Origin: Eledone cirrhosa
Lineage: Eukaryota
Reading direction: 5' to 3'
Assembly: GCA_964016885.1 (NCBI GenBank)
Contig: OZ024743.1
Coordinates: 52,886,001 to 52,950,000, forward strand
DNA: 64,000 nt
Positions 1-13,300 of this stretch are shown one piece after another (position 1 is the first letter of the stretch; each line of letters opens with the position of its first letter). The notes under the pieces were generated by a model that saw only the letters and a list, made by a program, of their open reading frames with translations, had not been told where the DNA came from and ran no database searches. Position numbers and translations under genes: made by a program.

Positions 1-1426
1 GGGGGTGGAGGATGTGATGCTCGCGGCAATGGTAGTGGTACTGTAGGTAAAGACATCACCTCCATGACAGTATTCTGTCTCGTGGTTGTCAACTGGCCTT
101 GAATAAATCGTGTTGTTGATGATGATGGTGATATTGGCGGCGACGGTAGTGGTGATGATGGCAGTTGTGGTGGTGGCTGTGGTGGTGGTGGTGATGTTGC
201 TGCTGGTGTAGGTAGTGGTGGTGGCTGTGGTGGTGGTGGTGATGTTGCTGCTGGTGTAGGTAGTGGTGGTGATGGTGGTGTAGGTAGTGGTGGTGGCTGT
301 GGTGGTGGTGGTGATGTTGCAGCTGGTGTAGGTAGTGGTGGTGGTGGTGGTGGTGATGATGTTGCAGCTGGTGTAGGTAGTGGTGGTGGTGGTGGTGATG
401 TTGCAGCTGGTGTAGGTAGTGGTGGTGGTGGTGGTGGTGGTGTTGGTGGTGGTGATGTTGCAGCTGGTCTAGGTAGTGGTGGTGCTGGTGGTGTTGGTGG
501 TGGTGATGTTGCAGCTGGTGTAGGTAGTGGTGGTGGTGGTGGTGGTGGTGTTGGTGGTGGTGATGTTGCAGCTGGTGTAGGTAGTGGTGGTGGTGGTGGT
601 GATGTTGCAGCTGGTGTAGGTAGTGGTGGTGGTGGTGGTGGTGGTGGTGTTGGTGGTGGTGATGTTGCAGCTGGTGTAGGTGGTGGTGGTGGTGGTGATG
701 TTGCAGCTGGTGTAGGTAGTGGTGGTGGTGGTGATGTTGCAGCTGGTGTAGGTAGTGGTGGTGGTGACGTAATTTTTGCCAACGAAGACTCAGTCAATAT
801 ACGGTCGTTTCCCTCCGACTCTGGGGGCCAAACATAATCCTTTGATGGGTGAGACTGGGAAGAAGTCTGTGTTTGACCTCCCGATCCAGGGATCACATTC
901 GGGTTACCAAAGGTCACAGTCTCGAATGGTACTCTATGTGTTTCTGCTACTGTTGTTGTCATTACTGATGTTGCTGTTGCTGTTGTTGTTGCTTTTGCCG
1001 TTGTTTCTGTTGTTGCCGTTGTTGTTGTTGTTGTTGTTGTTGTTCTGGCAGTGTTGATTAGTCTTGTTGAGTTTGGTTTCGTAGATACATTTGATATGAC
1101 ACCTGTAGTCAGATGGATTGACTTGGTCACGTGTGATTTATGTTCGATCCCCCGTGTTATTGGTTTGATCACGTGAGTCCGTCTGGTCACGGGTTCTGTT
1201 GGTCTTGTCACGTGATTTCTATCCGTTTTAGATCTAATCACATGTGTTTTTTTGAACACGTGTGTTGTTTGTCTGGCCATGTCTGTTTCCGATTCGGTTA
1301 CATCTGTTGTGGTGGGTCTTAGTCTGTCTGGTAAGGTCGGTGATGACGGGAGTGATGACGACGACGACGGTGGCGTTCGGAAGAAGAAAAATGGACGTCT
1401 GGGAAATATTCCTCCCTTACCCACAC
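1..1426 (-). CDS. MMP gene exon: long Ser/Thr/Pro-rich linker or tail after the catalytic domain (runs off the window edge)
   Basis: Acceptor ...ctctaccactag|GT at 1427/1426; phase 1 matches the preceding exon (TMY-G). The frame is open to position 1: GVGKGGIFPRRPFFFFRTPPSSSSSLP...TTTTATTETTAKA...(TSPPPPLPTPAA)n...ASHPPP. It is absent from the ORF track, presumably because no stop lies in the window. Confidence 0.8.
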
Positions 1427-1884
1427 CTAGTGGTAGAGGTGAATGGTGAGATATTTACTAATAAAATATAATTCAAAAAATAGTAAAATATACTTCTAGA
1501 AAAATATACATATGGTTTTTGTTTTAGAAATTCTGAAATACTCTTCCAGAAACAGAGTACTGGAAATAATAAAATATAGTTCTAGAAATTTGGAAGCAGG
1601 GTTCTAGAATTCAATTTTTCTTTCTAAAAATAGTAACATAAGGTACTAGAAATACTAAAATATGATTCTAGAACTAGAAATAACAAAAGACAGTGCTAGA
1701 ATGATTAAAATATAATTTTGAAATAATAAATTTGATGTAAGAAATGTTAAAACTAAGTTTTTAGTGATATTAGATTGTATTCTATAAATACAGATATATA
1801 ACTCTAGAAAAACATTTTTAGAAATACCATGACTCTAAAATTGAATGTTTCTAGTGATATTAAAATACAAAGATATAAAAGTAA

Positions 1885-2066
1885 AAATAATTGTTTCTAC
1901 TTTTAGCACAAGGCCAGCAATTAACCAGTGTATTACTGGTACTTTATTTTATCGACCCCGTAAGGATGAAAGGCAAAGTTAACCTCGACGGGATTTGAAC
2001 TCAGACCGTAAAGGGACGTAACTATGCTAGAAATCATGGCGTCCAACCCTCTATCGATACTGCCAC
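1885..2066 (-). mobile_element. SINE family 1 copy (others near 3778-3856, 32548-32765, 48112-48265 and 58010-58128)
   Basis: Reverse complement of the 39140 consensus. Confidence 0.85.
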
Positions 2067-2235
2067 AAATAATGAGTATTGACGTACATGGAACACGAGC
2101 CCACATCTTTGGTTTGCCGGGTTAATGTACTATCCATTTACACCAATACTAATAGACTAATTTATTTAGCCAAATACGGCGTAAGTACATGTTACTAGTT
2201 ATTTTTCAAATCTTCGCTGTTTATAAACAAAGCTT

Positions 2236-2343
<108 letters not shown>

Positions 2344-2576
2344 TGTCCTACACGAGTGAAAGTATAAGGAAAATAGATGAAATCGAAAATGCAACTGGAG
2401 TCTTTTCGGTTTCGCAGTTCTGCTTTTCAAAAGTAGAATTGAGATGGAGGGTCTGTGGTTTTTCTCACATCTCACATATATATATGTATGTAAAAGGTAA
2501 ACAGAAATTACAACACAATCGGTACAGTATATGGAAGGGATATATTAGGTTAACACTTGATATAGCAGGAAGAGGG

Positions 2577-2612
2577 TCTTAACGTTTCCGACGTTAATCC
2601 TTCATCAGAAGA
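2577..2612 (-). ncRNA. Minimal type I hammerhead ribozyme motif (candidate)
   Basis: Reverse complement: ucuu CUGAUGA aggauuaacgucg GAAA cg UU aaga. Stem I ucuu/aaga, palindromic stem III ACGU, weak stem II. Confidence 0.55.
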
Positions 2613-2784
2613 AAGAATGAGAAATAAGACAGATTGTGGGGACGGGCGGGATGGAATTGGAAAAAAAAATCTTTAGATAAAATAACAGGTCCATTCATGT
2701 TGACATTTATATATATATATCACCATTATATTTAGCCATTATATTTGCATTATATATGCATCCTAGCAACCATACGACATATAT

Positions 2785-2873
<89 letters not shown>

Positions 2874-3107
2874 TATAAAATCATAGAAATATTCAAAAAA
2901 ATTTCTTAAAAATAAAACAAATTCAAAATGGTTCTTGAAATTCTGCAATATTCTTCTAGAAATTCTGAAATAAAGTTTCAGAAATATCAAAAATATTTTT
3001 ATATTAAGATATGTTTCTGGAACGACTAAAATATAGTTCTAAAAATACTAATGAATGGATTTTAGAAAATACGAATAAAAAATCGAAAACAAATGCAAGG
3101 AACTCAC

Positions 3108-3257
3108 CATACATAGTTTGGATAACAGCAATATCAAATTTGGACAGAGTACAGTCACCTTTCATCCATGGCCACATGATGGACAGAGGCCAACGGGAGT
3201 GCATCAGTCCGAGACTGTGGCCAAATTCATGAACGGCCACACAGTACAATTCAGCAT
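3108..3257 (-). CDS. MMP exon with the zinc-binding motif and Met-turn
   Basis: cttcatcag|AT...TATG|gtgagt; 150 nt, phase 1 to 1. Encodes NAELYCVAVHEFGHSLGLMHSRWPLSIMWPWMKGDCTLSKFDIAVIQTMYG (HExxHxxGxxHS, SIMxP, D...IQxxYG typical of matrixins). Confidence 0.95.
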
Positions 3258-3694
3258 CTGATGAAGAGAAGGGAAAAAAAGAATTAATTGAAGTAGAGAT
3301 CTCGCCCACCTATCCCCGAGAGCGCCGTGAGGGAAGAGTCCTCAAACACTCCTTCCAGTGGATCCTGTCATATATGAAAAGTCCGTTAGTGGGTTAGATT
3401 GCCCTAGTAATTTATTATTCTCAGTAATAAATTAAGGTAACTTTCAGTCACTCTAATTTTCTTTTATTTTGCTTTCTCCGACTTATTACCTTGGTAACCT
3501 AACCCACTTGTATTGCACAGCTTTCTAGACAGACTCTTTAATTTCATACTCCACAGTGCTTCAAGCAAACTATCACACCTTTTTATATAGGAGATGACGA
3601 AGGACCGTGACAAGTGGAGAGATGTTGTGCTGAATAGAACCCGTCCCACCCTTGCAAGCAGGGAAAAGCGGACGTAAGATGATGATGATGATGA

Positions 3695-3729
<35 letters not shown>

Positions 3730-3923
3730 TCGTGCGCGCGTGTGTGTGTGTACAATGGATGCATTTTTCTCCCATAAATAATTGTTTCTATTTTTGGCAC
3801 AAGGCCAGCAATTATTCCAGTGTATTACTGGTACTTGATTTTATCGACCCCGTAAACCGCATTATTTCTCCCATCATGCGGTTTTATGGCAACCCCCATA
3901 ACAACAACAACATCAACAACAGC

Positions 3924-4019
<96 letters not shown>

Positions 4020-4063
4020 AACAATGATAATAATAATAATAATAATATAGTCCAACAACTCAC

Positions 4064-4289
4064 TTCTGTTGATGAAATTTCTGGAACCCCAATCTTCGTC
4101 AGCATCGAAGTGGGCATCACCAGAGAGACCCGGAGAGTTGTCGTAAGGGAAGAACGCATGCGCCAAAATACCCCCACTTCCGTCAAATGGACTGCCGTCA
4201 CCATGTTTGCCAGTGAGGAAATTGACTTCAATGTCAACTGGACCACGTCTCTTGCGAGTGAATGTCAACTGAGTGACACGTTCCCAGGC
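4064..4289 (-). CDS. MMP catalytic-domain exon (structural Zn/Ca-binding segment)
   Basis: ctctaacccag|GCC...AGAA|gtgagt; 226 nt, phase 0 to 1. AWERVTQLTFTRKRRGPVDIEVNFLTGKHGDGSPFDGSGGILAHAFFPYDNSPGLSGDAHFDADEDW matches the MMP HGDxxPFDGxGGxLAHAFxP...GDAHFDxDExW consensus. Confidence 0.95.
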
Positions 4290-4404
4290 CTGGGTTAGAG
4301 TGGAGTGTGGAGAGAAATATAGAGTTATAGTTACAACTTCATGATAACAACAACAGTAACAACAACTACAACAGCAGTAACAACAACAGCAACAACAACA
4401 ACCC

Positions 4405-5230
4405 TGGTTTCTGATTTAGGTAGAAATCCAGCAATTTTCCATGGAGAGGAAAGTCGATTATATCGACCCCAATGCATTACTGGTACTTTATTCTATCATT
4501 CCCAGAAAGAAGAAAGGCAAAGTCGACCTCGGAGGGATTTGAACTCAGAACGTAAAGGGCTGAAATAAATATTCAGTGCATGTTGAAATATGCTCTAAAG
4601 ATTCTACCGACCCACCATAGCAGCAGCAGCAGCAGCAATAATAATAATTGTTTCTACTTCGATGCTGACGAAGATTGGGGTTCCAGAAATTTCATCAACA
4701 GAAGTGAGTTGTTGGACTATATTATTATTATTATCATTGTTATTATCCCAGTGTATTACTGGTACTTTATTTTATCGACCCCGTAAGGATGAAAGGCAAA
4801 GTAAATTTCGCCGGGGTTTGAACTGCAGCAGCAATAATAATAATTGCTTCTACTTTTGGCACAAGGCCAGCAATTAGCCAGTACATTACTGGTACTTTAT
4901 TTTATCGACCCCCGTAAGGATGAAAGGCAAAGTTGACCTCGGCGGGATTTGAACTCAGAATGGAAAGAGCCGTAATTCTATGGGTCAAAGCATGGCGTCC
5001 GACCCTCTACCGATACTGCCAATCCACCAATGGTTTCTCATATAGGCACAAGGCCAATAATTTTGGCGGAGGGGAAAGACGATTAATTCGACCCCAGAGC
5101 GTTACTGGTACTTTATATTATCGACCTCGTAAGGATGAAAGACTAAGATTATCTCAGTGGGATTTGAACTCACCGCAAAGGGACGTAAGTCTATGCCACA
5201 AAACATGTCCGACGCTCTATCGTAATATCG
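4405..5230 (-). mobile_element. Cluster of about four SINE family 1 copies
   Basis: Repeated actggtactttattttatcgacccc...gggatttgaactcag. Confidence 0.85.
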
Positions 5231-5249
5231 GAACATGTGGTTTATCACT

Positions 5250-5670
5250 CCTGATTGCCATTACTTAGGTGCCTTTCCAGAGATCTAGGCCACCCGGCAC
5301 ACAAGTCAGCTAGAGAGTACCTTCTCTATTTAAGGCTTTTAACATCTTGGGCTGAATTTCATCCTCCCCAGTGGCCTAGCCACATTTGAGATCTTTAATT
5401 ACACTTGTGACCTCAGCCTTCAACAGGTTAGTCATCACTCCCAGATGCACCTTGTATACATCCAAAGATGCTGTTGTGACTGGCTTTAGGAGATCAGAAA
5501 AGTATTCTCTCTCCCTTGCGAGGTTGCATCTCTCTGAAGAGAGAAGAACTCCAGACATGTTCCTGATAGCAGGATAGGAGGAGGACTTCTTATTACGAAG
5601 TTGGCAGATGGTCTGCCAGAACATTTTATCTGAAGTCAGATCTTAACGCCAAAGTCCTCCCATGTCTTAA
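5250..5670 (-). mobile_element. Degenerate RTE-like LINE fragment (region upstream of RT)
   Basis: FWQTICQLRNKK...REYFSDLL...AEVTSVIKDLKCG*ATGEDEIQPKMLKAL, with stops. Confidence 0.65.
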
Positions 5671-5871
5671 CTTGGACGCCTTTTCTGTCTTCACTGCGAC
5701 TTTTCGCGCCTACTCTACCGATCTCATGACATCGATAATTTCCATATATGGTATGAACATTAACCAAAACAGTCATCTAAAATGGCAACATATCCATCCT
5801 GTGGGTTATGCCTGAGATAACTGACGGAAAAATCGCTGCCAAGAAACCAGATATCAAAATAAAAAGCAAAA

Positions 5872-6985
5872 CAGATAGGACATGTAGCCTGATAGATATA
5901 GTTGTACCAACTGATAGGACATGTAGCCTGATAGATATTGTTGTACCAACTGATAGGATATGTAGCATGATAGATATTGTTGTACCAACTGGTAGGACAT
6001 GTAGCCTGATAGATATTGTTGTACCAGCTGATAGGACATGTAGCATGATAGATAGTGTTGTACCAACTGATAGGACATGTAGCCTGATAGATATTGTTGT
6101 ACCAACTGATAGGACATGTAGCCTGATAGATATTGTTGTACCAACTGATAGGACATGTAGCCTGATAGATATTGTTGTACCAGCTGATAGGACATGTAGC
6201 ATGATAGATATTGTTGTACCAACTGATAGGACATGTAGCATGATAGATATTGTTGTACCAGCTGATAGGACATGTAGCCTGATAGATATTGTTGTACCAA
6301 CTGATAGGATATGTAGCATGATAGATATTGTTGTACCAACTGGTAGGACATGTAGCCTGATAGATATTGTTGTACCAGCTGATAGGACATGTAGCATGAT
6401 AGATATTGTTGTACCAACTGATAGGACATGTAGCCTGATAGATATTGTTGTACCAACTGATAGGACATGTAGCCTGATAGATATTGTTGTACCAACTGAT
6501 AGGACATGTAGCCTGATAGATATTGTTGTACCAGCTGATAGGACATGTAGCATGATAGATATTGTTGTACCAACTGATAGGACATGTAGCATGATAGATA
6601 TTGTTGTACCAGCTGATAGGACATGTAGCCTGATAGATATTGTTGTACCAACTGATAGGATATGTAGCATGATAGATATTGTTGTACCAACTGGTAGGAC
6701 ATGTAGCCTGATAGATATTGTTGTACCAGCTGATAGGACATGTAGCATGATAGATATTGTTCAATATCTATCATGCTACATGTCCTATCAGCTGGTACAA
6801 CAATATCTATCAGGCTACCTGTCCTATTTGTTGGTACAACTATATCTATCAGGCTACATGTCCTATCAGTTGGTACAACTATATCTATCATGCTACATGT
6901 CCTATCAGTTGGTACAACAATATCTATCAGGCTACATGTCCTATCAGTTGGTACAACTATATCTATCAGGCTACATGTCCTATCT
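5872..6985. repeat. 39-bp minisatellite (about 23 forward and 6 inverted copies)
   Basis: Unit ctgataggacatgtagcctgatagatattgttgtaccaa; orientation flips near 6760. Confidence 0.95.
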
Positions 6986-7313
6986 GTTTTGCTTTTTATT
7001 TTGATATCTGGTTTCTTGGCAGCGATTTTTCCGTCAGTTATCTCAGGCATAACCCACAGGATGGATATGTTGCCATTTTAGATGACTGTTTTGGTTAATG
7101 TTCATACCATATATGGAAATTATCGATGTCATGAGATCGGTAGAGTAGGCGCGAAAAGTCGCAGTGAAGACAGAAAAGGCGTCCAAGTTCTGATAGGACA
7201 TGTAAAGGCGTCCAAGTTCTGATAGGACATCTAGCCTGATAGATATTGCTGTACCAGCTGATAAGAATACATCTGTAGATACAAAAAAAATAAATAAATA
7301 AAATGCCAAAGTA

Positions 7314-10300
7314 CAGTGGAGGATGACCACAACTGTTGCAGTGGAGGATGACCACAACTATTGCAGTGGAGGATGACCACAAATATTCCAGTGGAGGATG
7401 ACCACAACTGTTACAGTGGGGGATGACCACAACTATTCCTGTGGAGGATGACCACAACTGTTGCAGTGGACGATGACCACAACTATTGCAGTGGAGGATG
7501 ACCACAACTGTTGCAGGGGAGGATGACCACAACTATTGCAGTGGAGGATGACCACAACTATTGCAGTGGAGGATGACCACAACTGTTTCAGTGGAGGATG
7601 ACCACAACTGTTGCAGTGGAGGATGACCACAACTATTGCAGTGGAGGATGACCACAACTGTTGCAGTGGAGGATGACCACAACTATTGCAGTGGAGGATG
7701 ACCACAACTGTTGCAGTGGAGGATGACCACAACTATTGCAGTGGAGGATCACCACAACTATTGCAGTGGAGGATGACCACAACTATTGCAGTGGAGGATG
7801 ACCACAACTGTTGCAGTGGAGGATGACCACAACTATTGCAGTGGAGGATGACCACAACTGTTGCAGTGGAGGATCACCACAAATGTTGCAGTGGAGGCTG
7901 ACCACAACTGTTGCAGTGGAGGATGACCACAACTATTGCAGTGGAGGATGACCACAACTATTGCAGTGGAGGATGACCACAACTGTTGCAGTGGAGGATG
8001 ACCACAACTATTGCAGTGGAGGATGACCACAACTGTTGCAGTGGAGGATGACCACAACTGTTGCAGTGGAGGATGACCACAACTGTTGCAGTGGAGGATG
8101 ACCACAACTGTTGCAGTGGAGGATGACCACAACTATTGCAGTGGAGGATGACCACAACTATTCCTGTGGAGGATGACCACAACTGTTGCAGTGGAGGATG
8201 ACCACAATTATTGCAGTGGAGGATGACCACAACTATTGCAGTGGAGGATGACCAAAACTATTCCTGTGGAGGATGACCACAACTATTGCAGTGGAGGATG
8301 ACCACAACTGTTACAGTGGGGGATGACCACAACTATTCCTGTGGAGGATGACCACAACTATTGCAGTGGAGGATGACCAAAACTATTGCAGTGGAGGATG
8401 ACCACAACTATTCCTGTGGAGGATGACCACAACTATTCCTGTGGAGGATGACCTCAACTATTCCAGTGGAGGATGACCACAACTGTTCAGTGGAGGATGA
8501 CCACAACTGTTACAGTGGGGGATGACCACAACTATTCCTGTGGAAGATGACCACAACTATTGCAGTGGAGGATGACCAAAACTATTGCAGTGGAGGATGA
8601 CCACAACTATTCCAGTGGAGGATGACCACAACTATTGCAGTGGAGGATGACCACAACTGTTACAGTGGGGGATGACCACAACTATTCCTGTGGAGGATGA
8701 CCACAACTATTGCAGTGGAGGATGACCAAAACTATTGCAGTGGAGGATGACCACAACTATTCCTGTGGAGGATGACCACAACTATTCCTGTGGAGGATGA
8801 CCTCAACTATTCCAGTGGAGGATGACCACAACTGTTGCAGTGGAGGATGACCACAACTATTCCAGTGGAGGATGACCACAACTATTCCTGTGGAGGATGA
8901 CCACAACTGTTGCAGTGGAGGATGACCACAACTATTGCAGTGGAGGATGACCACAACTATTGCAGTGGAGGATGACCACAACTATTGCAGTGGAGGATGA
9001 CCACAACTATTCCTGTGGAGGATGACCACAACTATTGCAGTGGAGGATGACCACAATTATTGCAGTGGAGGATGACCACAACTATTGCAGTGGAGGATGA
9101 CCACAACTATTCCAGTGGAGGATGACCACAACTATTCCTGTGGAGGATGACCACAACTATTGCAGTGGAGGATGACCACAATTATTGCAGTGGAGGATGA
9201 CCACAACTATTGCAGTGGAGGATGACCACAACTATTCCTGTGGAGGATGACCACAACTATTGCAGTGGAGGATGACCACAACTATTGCAGTGGAGGATGA
9301 CCACAACTATTGCAGTGGAGGATGACCACAACTATTGCAGTGGAGGATGACCACAACTATTCCTGTGGAGGATGACCACAACTATTCCTGTGGAGGATGA
9401 CCACAACTATTGCAGTGGAGGATGACCACAATTATTGCAGTGGAGGATGACCACAACTATTCCTGTGGAGGATGACCTCAACTATTCCAGTGGAGGATGA
9501 CCACAACTATTGCAGTGGGGGATGACCACAACTATTGCAGTGGAGGATGACCACAACTATTCCTGTGGAGGATGACCACAACTATTCCAGCGGAGGATGA
9601 CCACAACTATTCCAGTGGAGGATGACCACAACTATTCCTGTGGAGGATGACCTCAACTATTCCAGTGGAGGATGACCACAACTATTCCTGTGGAGGATGA
9701 CCACAACTATTCCAGTGGAGGATGACCACAACTATTGCAGTGGAGGATGACCACAACTATTCCTGTGGAGGATGACCACAACTATTCCAGTGGAGGATGA
9801 CCACAACTATTGCAGTGGAGGATGACCACAACTATTCCTGTGGAGGATGACCACAACTATTCCAGTGGAGGATGACCACAACTATTCCAGTGGAGGATGA
9901 CCACAACTATTGCAGTGGAGGATGACCACAACTATTCCTGTGGAGGATGACCACAACTATTCCAGTGGAGGATGACCACAACTATTCCAGTGGAGGATGA
10001 CCACAACTATTGCAGTGGAGGATGACCACAACTATTCCTGTGGAGGATGACCACAACTATTCCAGTGGAGGATGACCACAACTATTGCAGTGGAGGATGA
10101 CCACAACTATTCCTGTGGAGGATGACCACAACTATTCCTGTGGAGGATGACCACAACTATTGCAGTGGAGGATGACCACAACTATTGCAGTGGAGGATGA
10201 CCACAACTATTCCAGTGGAGGATGACCACAACTATTCCTGTGGAGGATGACCACAACTATTCCAGTGGAGGATGACCACAACTATTCCAGTGGAGGATGA

Positions 10301-13300
10301 CCACAACTATTCCTGTGGAGGATGACCACAACTGTTACAGTGGGGGATGACCACAACTATTGCAGTGGAGGATGACCACAACTATTGCAGTGGAGGATGA
10401 CCACAACTATTGCAGTGGAGGATGACCACAACTATTCCTGTGGAGGATGACCACAACTATTCCAGTGGAGGATGACCACAACTATTGCAGTGGAGGATGA
10501 CCACAACTATTCCTGTGGAGGATGACCACAACTATTCCAGTGGAGGATGACCACAACTATTGCAGTGGAGGATGACCACAACTATTCCTGTGGAGGATGA
10601 CCACAACTATTCCTGTGGAGGATGACCACAACTATTGCAGTGGAGGATGACCACAACTATTGCAGTGGAGGATGACCACAACTATTCCAGTGGAGGATGA
10701 CCACAACTGTTACAGTGGGGGATGACCACAACTATTGCAGTGGAGGATGACCACAACTATTGCAGTGGAGGATGACCACAACTATTGCAGTGGAGGATGA
10801 CCACAACTATTCCAGTGGAGGATGACCACAACTATTCCTGTGGAGGATGACCACAACTATTCCAGTGGAGGATGACCACAACTATTGCAGTGGAGGATGA
10901 CCACAACTATTCCTGTGGAGGATGACCACAACTATTCCAGTGGAGGATGACCACAACTATTGCAGTGGAGGATGACCACAACTATTCCTGTGGAGGATGA
11001 CCACAACTGTTACAGTGGGGGATGACCACAACTATTGCAGTGGAGGATGACCACAACTATTGCAGTGGAGGATGACCACAACTATTGCAGTGGAGGATGA
11101 CCACAACTATTCCAGTGGAGGATGACCACAACTATTCCTGTGGAGGATGACCACAACTGTTACAGTGGGGGATGACCACAACTATTGCAGTGGAGGATGA
11201 CCACAACTATTGCAGTGGAGGATGACCACAACTATTGCAGTGGAGGATGACCACAACTATTCCTGTGGAGGATGACCACAACTATTCCAGTGGAGGATGA
11301 CCACAACTATTGCAGTGGAGGATGACCACAACTATTCCTGTGGAGGATGACCACAACTATTCCAGTGGAGGATGACCACAACTATTGCAGTGGAGGATGA
11401 CCACAACTATTCCTGTGGAGGATGACCACAACTATTCCTGTGGAGGATGACCACAACTATTGCAGTGGAGGATGACCACAACTATTGCAGTGGAGGATGA
11501 CCACAACTATTCCAGTGGAGGATGACCACAACTATTCCTGTGGAGGATGACCACAACTATTCCAGTGGAGGATGACCACAACTATTCCAGTGGAGGATGA
11601 CCACAACTATTCCTGTGGAGGATGACCACAACTGTTACAGTGGGGGATGACCACAACTATTGCAGTGGAGGATGACCACAACTATTGCAGTGGAGGATGA
11701 CCACAACTATTCCAGTGGAGGATGACCACAACTATTCCTGTGGAGGATGACCTCAACTATTCCAGTGGAGGATGACCACAACTATTCCAGTGGAGGATGA
11801 CCACAACTATTGCAGTGGAGGATGACCACAACTATTCCTGTGGAGGATGACCACAACTATTGCAGTGGAGGATGACCACAACTATTCCAGTGGAGGATGA
11901 CCACAACTATTCCTGTGGAGGATGACCTCAACTATTCCAGTGGAGGATGACCACAACTATTCCAGTGGAGGATGACCACAACTATTGCAGTGGAGGATGA
12001 CCACAACTATTCCTGTGGAGGATGACCACAACTATTCCAGTGGAGGATGACCACAACTATTCCTGTGGAGGATGACCACAACTATTGCAGTGGAGGATGA
12101 CCACAACTATTCCTGTGGAGGATGACCACAACTATTCCAGCGGAGGATGACCACAACTATTCCAGTGGAGGATGACCACAACTATTCCTGTGGAGGATGA
12201 CCTCAACTATTCCAGTGGAGGATGACCACAACTATTCCTTTGGAGGATGACCACAACTATTCCAGTGGAGGATGACCACAACTATTGCAGTGGAGGATGA
12301 CCACAACTATTCCTGTGGAGGATGACCACAACTATTCCTGTGGAGGATGACCACAACTATTGCAGTGGAGGATGACCACAACTATTGCAGTGGAGGATGA
12401 CCACAACTATTCCAGTGGAGGATGACCACAACTATTCCTGTGGAGGATGACCACAACTATTCCAGTGGAGGATGACCACAACTATTCCAGTGGAGGATGA
12501 CCACAACTATTCCTGTGGAGGATGACCACAACTGTTACAGTGGGGGATGACCACAACTATTGCAGTGGAGGATGACCACAACTATTGCAGTGGAGGATGA
12601 CCACAACTATTCCAGTGGAGGATGACCACAACTATTCCTGTGGAGGATGACCACAACTATTCCAGTGGAGGATGACCACAACTATTGCAGTGGAGGATGA
12701 CCACAACTATTGCAGTGGAGGATGACCACAACTATTCCAGTGGAGGATGACCACAACTATTCCTGTGGAGGATGACCTCAACTATTCCAGTGGAGGATGA
12801 CCACAACTATTCCAGTGGAGGATGACCACAACTATTCCTGTGGAGGATGACCTCAACTATTCCAGTGGAGGATGACCACAACTATTCCTGTGGAGGATGA
12901 CCACAACTATTGCAGTGGAGGATGACCACAACTATTGCAGTGGAGGATGACCACAACTATTGCAGTGGAGGATGACCACAACTATTGCAGTGGAGGATGA
13001 CCACAACTATTGCAGTGGAGGATGACCACAACTATTGCAGTGGAGGATGACCACAACTATTCCTGTGGAGGATGACCACAACTATTCCAGTGGAGGATGA
13101 CCACAACTATTGCAGTGGAGGATGACCACAACTATTGCAGTGGAGGATGACCACAACTATTCCAGTGGAGGATGACCACAACTATTCCTGTGGAGGATGA
13201 CCTCAACTATTACAGTGGAGGATGACCACAACTATTGCAGTGGAGGATGACCACAACTATTGCAGTGGAGGATGACCACAACTATTGCAGTGGAGGATGA

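Noticed and set aside
5760-7098. ORFs of 320-400 aa on both strands
   Set aside because: They result from a 39-bp (multiple of 3) repeat and its inversion; only the retrotransposon-derived frame has homology.
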